Positions 45,401 to 54,400 of a stretch of 64,000 bases of DNA are shown piece after piece; position 1 is the stretch's first letter, and each line of letters begins with the position of its first letter. Made by a program: the position numbers and the translations under genes. Source of the DNA: a virus. Taxonomy: Duplodnaviria; Caudoviricetes. The DNA is taken from positions 1 to 64,000 of IMG/VR virus record IMGVR_UViG_3300036793_000060; one strand, written 5' to 3'. The notes under the pieces were generated by a model. The model searched no databases. It worked only from the letters and a program-made list of their open reading frames with translations, and was not told the origin of the DNA.

Positions 45401-45610
45401 CTAGTCTCCCAGGTCTGCGTGATCCGCGCTCGCCGCGTCCCCTGCCTGGCTGCCTGCCAGAGGCATCAGGTTGGCCGCCCCTCCGTAGGCCGTGTACAGC
45501 GCAGAGCCGGGCACCAGGCTCACGACCGTCCTGGCCACGACGAACATGACCTCCCCGCCCCAGGTGACGTCTGTGTCGGCCTGGACGACGTAGGGCTGGG
45601 AGGCGGCCAC
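45401..45610 (-). CDS. Hypothetical protein (resembles its downstream neighbour)
   Basis: V..PGSALY.AYGG pattern shared with 45126-45395 and 46229-46525. Confidence 0.55.
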   Translation of the reverse strand: MAASQPYVVQADTDVTWGGEVMFVVARTVVSLVPGSALYTAYGGAANLMPLAGSQAGDAASADHADLGD

Positions 45611-45613
45611 CGG

Positions 45614-46219
45614 CTAGTTCGACGCCCCGGTGGCCAGTCCCGTCTGGCCGGCCTGCGCGTGCTGGGCGTACGGGAGCACGGTGAGCGGGCTGTACCCGGC
45701 GGCCTCGGCCAGCGTGTTCATGCCGGGGTAGTAGCCGGGCGTGTAGCCCTCGTCGAGGGGGTTCGTCCAGGCCCAGGTGGGCGCGGCGCTGTAGATCAGC
45801 TCGATGGAGCAGCCGGGCGGGACGGGCACGCTGTTCGGCGACGACAGGGTACCTGCCAGCCCGGCCACGATCGGCGTCCATGTCCAGGTGGGCGCGACGC
45901 TGTACGTGATGGCGATGGTGCCGCCGGCCGGGACGACCGCTGTCACGCCTGTCGCGGTGAACTGGCTGGACCCGTTGACTGTCACAGCCGTGACAGTGCC
46001 GCCGGTCACGGCCACGGCCACCGGGTACTGGCTGGTGTTGGTTGCCGGGACAGTGGTGGCAGGCACCGCAGGGGTCGCCTGCACCGGGACCGGGTTGGTG
46101 CCGAACAGGGTCAGGATCCCCGTCACGGTGCCGCCGGTCACGGTGACGCTGACGTTCTGCCCGGTCTGGTTCGCCTGAGCGACCGTGGTAGCCGGGACGC
46201 TGGGCGTGGGTACGGCCAT
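45614..46219 (-). CDS. Virion-associated Thr/Val-rich protein with internal duplication
   Basis: V.V.VTGGTVT and I...YS.APTW.W each occur twice. Confidence 0.65.
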   Translation of the reverse strand: MAVPTPSVPATTVAQANQTGQNVSVTVTGGTVTGILTLFGTNPVPVQATPAVPATTVPATNTSQYPVAVAVTGGTVTAVTVNGSSQFTATGVTAVVPAGGTIAITYSVAPTWTWTPIVAGLAGTLSSPNSVPVPPGCSIELIYSAAPTWAWTNPLDEGYTPGYYPGMNTLAEAAGYSPLTVLPYAQHAQAGQTGLATGASN

Positions 46220-46228
46220 CGGAGCCTC

Positions 46229-46525
46229 CTAGTTGCTCAGGGCCGCGCGGCCCACCGAGTCGTTCAGGGTGGCCGCGCGGATGACGCCGGCCGTGTTCAG
46301 CGCTGAGTACAGTGCGCTGGGGGTTCCTGAGTCGAGCATGATCGACATGCCCTTCTGCAGAGAGACGGGGAACGCGCTCTCAACCTGCCCGGTGGCTAGC
46401 GCAGCGTTGCCGTAGCCTGCTGCGCCGCCGGTAGCCACCTCGCCTGCCACGGGTGCAGCTGCTGTGCCCGGAGTGATCGTGTACGCCTGGGTCATCACAA
46501 AGACGTTCAGTGAGATCGCGCCCAT
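46229..46525 (-). CDS. Hypothetical protein
   Basis: ORF in the head operon. Confidence 0.6.
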   Translation of the reverse strand: MGAISLNVFVMTQAYTITPGTAAAPVAGEVATGGAAGYGNAALATGQVESAFPVSLQKGMSIMLDSGTPSALYSALNTAGVIRAATLNDSVGRAALSN

Positions 46526-46535
46526 GTGCCCTCCA

Positions 46536-46958
46536 TCAGTACGGGGTCTGCAGGATCGACTCTACGGACGCGAAGGTCGGCGCCGCCACCGCGACGGTGA
46601 CGGCCTTGCCGCTGGCGTGGCTGTTGTCCAGGCCGGAGATCGGGACGCTGGTACCAGTCGCGGTGCCGTTGACAACGACGATCTCGCTCAGTGCGGCGTC
46701 GTTGATGAACAGGACTGACCCGATCAGGGAGAACTGGGTGCCGCCGCTGGCGAACGACAGGGCGGTGCTCGTGCCCGCCGTCAGCGCGCCGCTGGTGCTC
46801 AGCGGGTTGCTGCCGGCCCCGAACGTCAGCTGGTACTCACAGCCGCCGCACCGGTACGAAAGGGGCGTGATCGACTCGAACACGCGGTTGGACGTCCGGC
46901 ATCGCGGGCACGTCGCAGTGACCCTCGTAGGCGTGATCGTGCCCGCGATCCACGGCAT
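46536..46958 (-). CDS. Zn-ribbon protein with beta-rich C-terminal domain
   Basis: CPRC...CGGC. Confidence 0.6.
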   Translation of the reverse strand: MPWIAGTITPTRVTATCPRCRTSNRVFESITPLSYRCGGCEYQLTFGAGSNPLSTSGALTAGTSTALSFASGGTQFSLIGSVLFINDAALSEIVVVNGTATGTSVPISGLDNSHASGKAVTVAVAAPTFASVESILQTPY

Positions 46959-46966
46959 CTCGGCTC

Positions 46967-47569
46967 CTAGTTCTTGCCTGGCGGCATCGGCGGCATCTGC
47001 GCCCTGGCGCGGTCAACCAGCTCCTGGTCGACCCCGGCGACCGCCTCCCGAGCGGCTGAGCGCGTGGGGGGCAGGTCGATGGCGTCGGCCTGCGGCACCT
47101 GCTCGGTGCCGGGCGCGGCGGGCGTCGCCTCGGGGATGGCGACCTGCTGCACGAAGCTGGATCCGGCGGGGTCGGCTCGCGCGTGCACGGGCGGCCCGAA
47201 CTGCCTGCCCGACACGAGCCGTGGCAGCAGGAAAGGCTGCTCGGCCTTGCTCTCCGGCCCGTTCACCTTCTGGATGACGGGGATCTGCCTGCCGTCCCTG
47301 TCCGGGTCGGCGCGCATGAACAGCCGCGCCTCCTCGTCGGTCAGCCAGACAGTCTCCCCCCGGCGCACCAGGTCGACCTGCCGGTCCTTGGCGTCCACCA
47401 GCGAGTTGGTGCGCCGTGGCACTGACAGGTTGATCAGCGCGACGTACTCCTCGCCGATCCTGATGGCGGGCGCGTGCGGAGACTGCAGCAGCGACGCGCG
47501 GGTCAGCAGCTCGGTGAGGGTGCGCTGCTCAGCGGCGGTCAGCGGCTTGGTGGCCGTACCGTTCGGCAT
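46967..47569 (-). CDS. Hypothetical protein
   Basis: TGATG-coupled start MPNGTAT. Confidence 0.65.
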   Translation of the reverse strand: MPNGTATKPLTAAEQRTLTELLTRASLLQSPHAPAIRIGEEYVALINLSVPRRTNSLVDAKDRQVDLVRRGETVWLTDEEARLFMRADPDRDGRQIPVIQKVNGPESKAEQPFLLPRLVSGRQFGPPVHARADPAGSSFVQQVAIPEATPAAPGTEQVPQADAIDLPPTRSAAREAVAGVDQELVDRARAQMPPMPPGKN

Positions 47570-47796
47570 CAGGGCGCCGTCCTGTAGTCGTGGTCGCCCG
47601 GCCGCAGGGAGACCGGGGTCTCCTCGCTGTCGCGCACCAGCTCCTTGGACGCGCCCGTGGTGATGGACGCCCGGTGCACTGAGTGCCCGGCGTGAAGGAG
47701 CTTGTCCACGAACTCCTTCAGCTGCACGTCGGCGTCCCTCGGATCCCCGTTGTCGTGGACCCCGTGGCCGCTGACGTGCATGGTCCAGTTGCCCAT
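47569..47796 (-). CDS. Hypothetical protein
   Basis: I.G.GVH.N....DAD motif; follows the capsid gene. Confidence 0.65.
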   Translation of the reverse strand: MGNWTMHVSGHGVHDNGDPRDADVQLKEFVDKLLHAGHSVHRASITTGASKELVRDSEETPVSLRPGDHDYRTAP

Positions 47797-47799
47797 GCC

Positions 47800-48711
47800 T
47801 CACACTCCAGACAGCAGGCACATCGCCAGCGGCTGGTCAAGGCCGATGGCAGCTGCCCGCTGGGTGTCGGAGCGCCAGGTCTTGCGCGGCTCGTCGCGGT
47901 AGAGAGGCCCGGCCAGGAAGGGCAGCTCGTCCGCGTAGAAGCCAGCGCGCTGGCGCTGCATGACGATGGCGTTGCCGACGGGGACCTGGCGGGACACCAG
48001 GACGTCCAGGTTGAAGATCTTCTGCGGGAGGACGCCCGTGTACTGCAGGTTCTCGCTGGCGATGTCGCCGATGTAGGGCGCCGCGAACGTGCTCGACTGG
48101 AGCAGCGTGTTCTTGGTGCCGTGGTTGATGATGAGCGTGTCCGCCTCGAAGCCGAGCCACTGGGTGACCCCGTTCGGCGAGACGATGTTGGCGTTCTCCA
48201 CCAGGTAGCAGGCCTGCGCGAGGTCCGCTCGGGTGGTCGCTGACGCGGTGCTCCAGGCGTTCGCCACGGCGAGCGTCTGGATCGAGGCGTTGGCGACGGT
48301 GGCCGAGTAGAACGCGGTGTTCCAGCTGTAGACCATCGTGTTCTTGACCTGCAGCAGCTGGCGTGTCACCGGGTCGATGGCCTGCCTGCGGCGCATCTCG
48401 TCGGAGACGGTGATCGCCATCGCCCGCTCGTGGCTGAAGACCACGCGGGGCGTGCCGATCGAGGTCGGCATGACCGGGACCTCGCCGAACTCTGCCCTGA
48501 TCTCGGGGAAGTCGTCCGCGTACAGCGGGGTGGACTCCGAGTACCTGACAGCGCCGCTTGGTGCCGCGCCTCCCATGCGGAGCACGGAGTCCATGATGAA
48601 CTCGTTCTCCGTGATGTCCAAGATGAGCGCGGGAATGACCAGGGGGTCCTTCAGCAGCTCATTGACGGTTACTCTCGGAGCGTCCGAGTAGCCCCTAGCG
48701 CCCGTAGGCAT
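47800..48711 (-). CDS. Major capsid protein (HK97 fold)
   Basis: E.AEFGE.PV, ITVSDEM.RR, TLII, size and position after scaffold and decoration genes. Confidence 0.85.
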   Translation of the reverse strand: MPTGARGYSDAPRVTVNELLKDPLVIPALILDITENEFIMDSVLRMGGAAPSGAVRYSESTPLYADDFPEIRAEFGEVPVMPTSIGTPRVVFSHERAMAITVSDEMRRRQAIDPVTRQLLQVKNTMVYSWNTAFYSATVANASIQTLAVANAWSTASATTRADLAQACYLVENANIVSPNGVTQWLGFEADTLIINHGTKNTLLQSSTFAAPYIGDIASENLQYTGVLPQKIFNLDVLVSRQVPVGNAIVMQRQRAGFYADELPFLAGPLYRDEPRKTWRSDTQRAAAIGLDQPLAMCLLSGV

Positions 48712-48730
48712 GGTTCACTCCCTCTCTTGC

Positions 48731-49237
48731 CTAGAAGATCCGCGCACGGCCGAGGAAGTAAGACGCGCTTCCCTGCCCGCCGATCTGCTGCGTGAGCATC
48801 CCGGCCGCGACGCCTCCGGGGTGGGTGCACATCCCGACGACCTGGTCAGCAGCCGGGCCTGCGCCCGACGTGATGACGGTGCCGTTGTTGCCGCCGCCGA
48901 TCTTGATCTTGGTGCCCTCGATGACGGCGCCCGCGTACCACACCCAGATGTCCACGTCACCGTAGTACACCGGGATGTAGTCCTGCAGCACGGAGATGTC
49001 GATCGCCGGCTGGCCGTAGGCGTTGGCTGCCGCCGTCTGCGAGGAGACGACGTTGCCGTCTGCCCCCGCGACGCCGAGCACGTTCACGCTGGCCGACAGG
49101 GCGAGGGTGACCGTCAGGTCGGTGGTGCCCGCCGTCAGCGTGTTGGGCTGAACCAGCTGGCCGCCGTAGATCAGCGTGGCCACCTGCTTGTTCATCGGGC
49201 CGCAGCCCGACTTGTAGTGCGGAATGACCGCCGACAT
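48731..49237 (-). CDS. Capsid decoration/cement protein
   Basis: Between scaffold and MCP; VLGVA..D, V.Y.G, VVG.C. Confidence 0.65.
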   Translation of the reverse strand: MSAVIPHYKSGCGPMNKQVATLIYGGQLVQPNTLTAGTTDLTVTLALSASVNVLGVAGADGNVVSSQTAAANAYGQPAIDISVLQDYIPVYYGDVDIWVWYAGAVIEGTKIKIGGGNNGTVITSGAGPAADQVVGMCTHPGGVAAGMLTQQIGGQGSASYFLGRARIF

Positions 49238-49260
49238 GTGTCAGTCTTCCCTTCCCCGGC

Positions 49261-50418
49261 CTACAGGCCGACCTGTGTGCGGTACCTCGACTTCAGCTCA
49301 CTGCGAGCCTGCTCGGCGGTAGCCGTGTTGTCCGGCTCGTCCATCGGCGTGCCAAGCTCAGGACCCAGGTCCAGCAGCCGGGCAGCGTTGGAGTACTCCG
49401 TCAGCACCCGACGCATCACCAGGCCCGCGTCCACGCCCTGCCCGCCGGCCAGCTCGACGACGTGCCCCGTGCCCTCCAGCAGCGGCCGGGCCATGTCCAC
49501 GATGTACGGGGGCACCCCGGCGTCGGCGAGCTTCCTGGCCTCCAGCTTGAACGCGTCCTGATCCATCTTGCGCTGCACGATTCCCAGCTGCCTCTGCGTC
49601 TCCGCCAGCTCGATGGCGGCGGGATCCCAGCCGCCGGACAGCTGCGCGGGCTGCCTCTGCTCGGCCTCGAACTCCTCCTGCATCGCCTGCAGCGACTCAT
49701 CGTCGACCTGGGCGATGACCTCCGCCAGCTCCTCATCGGTGAGCAGCCTGTCATCACCGTCCCCGGCGTCGCCCGTGACGTTGTTCATCAGCGCCTCGAA
49801 CGCCGAGTCGTCCAAGTCGAGCAGCCTGTCCAGCCGCGCCTGCTGCCTGGCGTCCAGTCCTGGCACTGTCTCATTCCCTTCCGAGGAGCTGTAGGTAGAA
49901 GCGGAGAGGTCGAGCACCTGCTCGACGGTGGTGTTCGACATCTCGACCGCTTCCCACGGCCCCAGGTCGGGGATGCGCGGGTCAAGCGTGCCGAGCACGT
50001 GCTGGATGGCGGCCGGGTAGCTCTTGCCGTCGCTGCGCGCGTAGTTCTCCACGATCCGCGCGGACACGCCGAGCCTGGGGTTCTCCTTCAGCAGCCGCTC
50101 GCCGCTGGGCGTGGGAACCATGCCGATGTACAGCCCGTCGTCGCGCACGTCGAAGTCGATGACCTCGCCCCGGAACCGCTCGGGGTCGTTGGTGTGCGTG
50201 TTCTTGGCGTCCGCGATCTGGAAGGGCACCTGGTCGTACGCCCTGTCGGCGAAGGACTTGGCGAGGTCTTGCAGGTAGTCACGGGTGAACTTCAGCGTGC
50301 GGCCCATGTACTCGACGTCGTCAATGGGCAGCACCCGCTTCCACCAGACCCGCCCGCTGCCATGGACGGCGGGCTTCTGGCTGTCGAACGGGGTGAGGAC
50401 GGCTACCTGGGGCTTCAC
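49261..50418 (-). CDS. Prohead protease/scaffold (Mu gpI-like)
   Basis: H.NDPE..RGEV, GVSARI, HVLGT.DP.I..L.PW; acidic coiled C-terminal half. Confidence 0.8.
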   Translation of the reverse strand: MKPQVAVLTPFDSQKPAVHGSGRVWWKRVLPIDDVEYMGRTLKFTRDYLQDLAKSFADRAYDQVPFQIADAKNTHTNDPERFRGEVIDFDVRDDGLYIGMVPTPSGERLLKENPRLGVSARIVENYARSDGKSYPAAIQHVLGTLDPRIPDLGPWEAVEMSNTTVEQVLDLSASTYSSSEGNETVPGLDARQQARLDRLLDLDDSAFEALMNNVTGDAGDGDDRLLTDEELAEVIAQVDDESLQAMQEEFEAEQRQPAQLSGGWDPAAIELAETQRQLGIVQRKMDQDAFKLEARKLADAGVPPYIVDMARPLLEGTGHVVELAGGQGVDAGLVMRRVLTEYSNAARLLDLGPELGTPMDEPDNTATAEQARSELKSRYRTQVGL

Positions 50419-51425
50419 GAGCCACCGCCGCCGAACGAGCCGGGCTTGGTGTTCTGCGCACGCCTGGCCATCGCCATCGCCTGCGCGGGGGACAGCTTCC
50501 TGGCGATCAGCTTCTTGTAGATCGCCTGGCCGCGCGGGTTCAGCCCGTTGCCGTCGGAGCTGCCGCCGCCGCTGCTGCTGTCGTCGCCGTCGTCGGTGCT
50601 GCCTGCGAACGACCGGACGTTGGTGACGCCCAGCTGGGACAGCAGGTCAGGCTGCGGGGGAGGCCCCTGCAGCGCCATGGCAGGAGGCCGGGCCGGGTCA
50701 AGCGCGGAGCGGTTCCACGTGCCGACCAGCTCCTGCAGCGCCCCGCGCTGGTGGGTGTGCGGGGAAAGCTCTGTGCCGTCGATCAGCGACCGCCAGGCCC
50801 CGTCGTCGCCCCTGCCCAGCTCTCCGATGTACTCCCCGCCCATCCGGTGTCGGATGACAGCCGTTCCGCCCTGCCCCCTGGTGACGATGAGGTCACCTGG
50901 GTCGCGGACGGGGATGCGCGGCCTGCCGTTGGCCATCAGGACCACGCCGCCGGGCGTGCGCTGCGTCTCGTTGGACAGGCCGGCCCCGCCGGGTCCTGTC
51001 GTCACGGTCACCTGACGTGGCCTGAAGCCAGACCGGGCGGCGTAGTCGCCGCGCGCCGGGGTCTGCAGGTCCGAGGGGGATGCCGGGTCGCTCGTGTCAG
51101 CCGTCCCGCCGCTGACCTGGAAGTCCGCGTTATCCGACCGGTACCCGCAGTTCGGGCACTGGAGCTTGCCCATCGAGGGCATGTCGTCAATGTCGTTGTC
51201 GCCGTCGTCGGCCAGGCGGAGCACCTGGCCTTCCCAGCCGATGTTCGAGTGGACGTGTGACCCGCCGTGTCGTGACAACCTAGCCATTCCCTTCCGGCCG
51301 TACTTCTTGCGGCCGATCCACGCGGCAAGGGCGCCGGGGTTATGCGCACCGCGAGCAGCCAGGGACGCCGACAGTGCCTTGAAGTTAGCCCCGCTCCCTG
51401 GTGGTGCTCCTGCGGCAGTTGGCAC
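50415..51425 (-). CDS. Head-associated hypothetical protein
   Basis: GGAGGAG RBS before GTG; F..L...LAARGA.NPGALAAWIGRKKYG; CPNCG. Confidence 0.7.
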   Translation of the reverse strand: MPTAAGAPPGSGANFKALSASLAARGAHNPGALAAWIGRKKYGRKGMARLSRHGGSHVHSNIGWEGQVLRLADDGDNDIDDMPSMGKLQCPNCGYRSDNADFQVSGGTADTSDPASPSDLQTPARGDYAARSGFRPRQVTVTTGPGGAGLSNETQRTPGGVVLMANGRPRIPVRDPGDLIVTRGQGGTAVIRHRMGGEYIGELGRGDDGAWRSLIDGTELSPHTHQRGALQELVGTWNRSALDPARPPAMALQGPPPQPDLLSQLGVTNVRSFAGSTDDGDDSSSGGGSSDGNGLNPRGQAIYKKLIARKLSPAQAMAMARRAQNTKPGSFGGGGS

Positions 51426-51444
51426 GGATTCTCCTCCAGGTAAG

Positions 51445-51481
51445 GCCATTGATCGACATAGTACGCTCATCTGCCTGCCTG
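51445..51481 (-). promoter_or_regulatory. Candidate late promoter/operator
   Basis: CAGGCAGGCAGATGAGC (identical to 3062-3078) followed by TACTAT. Confidence 0.4.
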
Positions 51482-51492
51482 GCTACTGACGA

Positions 51493-54400
51493 TCAGTATC
51501 CGGCAGCAGACATTACCTCTCGGGTAAGGCTTGCAGCGCTCATCGCGTCCAGTCCAGCCCCGACCATCTGCCTCGCCAGCTCGGAGCGGACCATCCTCAC
51601 AAGGGCGGGCGTAGCGGCCGGCGTGGCATGCTGCACGGTCTTCTGCGACTTCTTGCGCATCCTCGCCATGCCGTAGACAGCGTCCGCCAGGGCTGGGCCG
51701 GCCGCGCCGACGGTGGCCGCCACGGCTGGGACCACCACGCCCATCATGTCCGGTACCTCGCCGTGCAAGCCGGTGAAGTACGCCCCTATCCCGATTACCC
51801 CGCCGATCGCGACGCTCATCGCCGTGGTCAGCGCCGACCGCATGCTGTGCCGGGCCTCGTCCTTCGCCTCGATGGCAGCCTGCGACTCCTCAGCCGCCCT
51901 GGCCCGCTTCTCCTCGGCCAGCTCGCGGCCTCGCACGGTGTGCAGCTCGCGTTCTGTCTTCAGGGCGCGCTGAAACTGCTGGCGCTGAGTGCTCTCCAGC
52001 GCGGACATCCTGTCGTGCATGTCGGACATGACCTGCGCCTGTGCCCGCAGCAGGTCACCCAGGTCAGCCCTGACCGGGTCATCGACGCCGAGCTTGTCCG
52101 CCAGCTTGAATGCCGCGTCGTTCATCAGCCTGGTGTGCAGGTCCATGGCCTCGCCTGATGCCCGCCAGCCGCCGGGGGAGTGGCCTGCCAGGCGCATCTG
52201 CTCGACGGCGCCCTTCACGCTGGTGACCTTGCCCGCCGCGACCGCCTTCTGGGCGCGCAGCTCCATCCGCTTCTCGCCCGTCGTCCTCACCGGGGTGGCC
52301 CTCGGCCGGGGGGTCGCTGCCATGGTCCGCGCCTTGCGCGCACTGCGGACCTGCATCAGCGTCGCGGCTGTCCCCGCAGGGGTGCGGCGGGGCAGCGGCT
52401 CGCCGGGCGCGCTTCCGGCCTTCACCCACCGCCCGTGCGGGCCGCGCAGCTGGCCGGGGTTGAAGTGGTGGAGCACGCCTAGCTCGACGGCTTGCGCTGC
52501 AATCCCTTGCGGATGGCCGTCGCTAGCTTGTCCGCCTCCGCCAGCCTCTCTTCCTCCGTCAGGTCCCAGTAGTCGTCCGGTATAGCCACGTGGACCTTGC
52601 GAGGGCCAGGCGAGCTGGTGGTCTGTGATGTGCCCGCCACCGCTGCCTCCTGTACTGATCGTCTCGAACGTGTTGAGGTCGAAGATGCCCACCTGGTCCC
52701 GCTCCTTTCCCAGCCGCTCGGCTGTCGCGCGGTCTGGGACGTTCTGCGAGGGGTCGAGCCACAGCTTGCCGTCTTCCACCCATCCACCAAGGTACATGTC
52801 GTGCCCCTTGAAGGACTCCTTCTCCTTCACCAGCAGGTCGTCGATGGCGTGCCGCAGCTTCACCTGGTCATCGAGGATCTCCGCCGGGTACCGGTGCGTG
52901 TGGCCCTCCAGCGCGACCATGAACCCGCCCGGCGGCGATTCCCCTGTGCGAGGGGATACCGAGAACCCCTCGCGGTTCTTGCTCATCGTCTCCTCGGCCT
53001 CGCGGGCGCCGGGGAACCGCGACCACCGGCCGCGCGAGTCCCGTGGCTGGAGCGGGTCGAAGTGCAGGCCCAGCTCGATCACCTGGTCATACACGGAGTT
53101 GCTCAGGATTCCCGCCTGGTTAAGCTCGCCCGGCCATAGCGCCTTCTGGCCCTCCTTGACGATCTTCCACCGGGGCGCGCGGTACTCCGCCAGGGTGGTC
53201 CCCCTGGTGACCTGCCCCTCGGGCTTCACCTCGTAGACCCAGCCCTTCGGGCCGCCCTCCGGCTTCCCTGCGTCGAACCACTTCCTCTTCGCGGCGTCTG
53301 TCGCGTAGCCGTGCGCCTCGCGCAGGTTGGTGGTCGTCGCCTGCGTGCCGTGCATGTCGAAACCCCAGCTCTTGTCATGCCCTGGCTCGATGTAGTCACC
53401 GACGCCGAGCTTCGCCCCTGAGCCGTGGTAGAACGTGGTCTCCGAGACCCACTTGCCGAGCGGGTCGCGTGGCTCGTGATCGTCGAATCCCAGCTCGATT
53501 GCCTGGCCCCAGATGCCTGCCAGCGCCGTGGTGCCGTGCTGGACGTCCAGGTTGTGCGCGGCGGCGTAGGAGTCCCAGTTGTCCCAGAAGTTGGCCACCG
53601 AGGTCGCCCTGCCCTTGGCTGACTTCCACGGCGTGCCCTTCTGCGCTGCCTGGATGAGCAGCTGGTCCTCCGCGTTGTTGACCCGCTGCTGGCGCTGCCA
53701 GGTGATCGCCTGCAGCTGGTGCGGGGATACGTCCTCGCCCTCAGATCGCAGCTGCTCAGCGGCCTGCCGGTACATGTCGGCGATGTGCGCGTAGCCCTGC
53801 GGGGAGTCAACGGGGGCCTGGTCCTCCTTGACCTTGCCGTCCACGTCGTCCTTGAGCAGCCGCTTGCCGGCCGCCACCGACAGGGCGTGCCGGTCGATGA
53901 CCACCTCGCCGTCGCTCTCGCCGGGCAGGTCACCGCCGTTGCGGATGAGCCGGTAGAACGCCCTGGTCTTGGGCGAGGGGAAGGCGGCGTCGCCGGTCTT
54001 CCCGTCCATGATCGCCTGGGCTGTGTCCTTGATCCGCCCGGTGACGCCGATGCCCTTGTCGACGGGGTGGCCCAGCTCGATGCTGCGCGCCGCGTTCATC
54101 ATGTTGACCGGCCACGCGGTCTGGGGCGAGAAGACGCTCAGCAGCGCGGCGCCCTTGTCCGCGTCCCCGCTGCCGAGCATCCGCCCGAGCAGGTGCGCGT
54201 CCGAGTACCAGCGCTTGCCTGTCTCGCGCTCGTCCGGCGTCGAGTCGTGATAGGCATCGACGATGTTCTTCGCCGACATCTGGTGCTTCGCGAAGAACGG
54301 GTGGTCAGCCGGGTCGCTGATTACGCTGCCGTCCTTGCGCCGCCTGATCAGCCGGTCATGGTCGGGCACCTTGTAGTCCGTGCCCGGCGTGTCCCAGTGC

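Noticed and set aside
51441-51443. TTA in the 5' extension of ORF 50415-51470
   Set aside because: It lies upstream of the better start (GTG 51425 with GGAGGAG), so it is probably untranslated.
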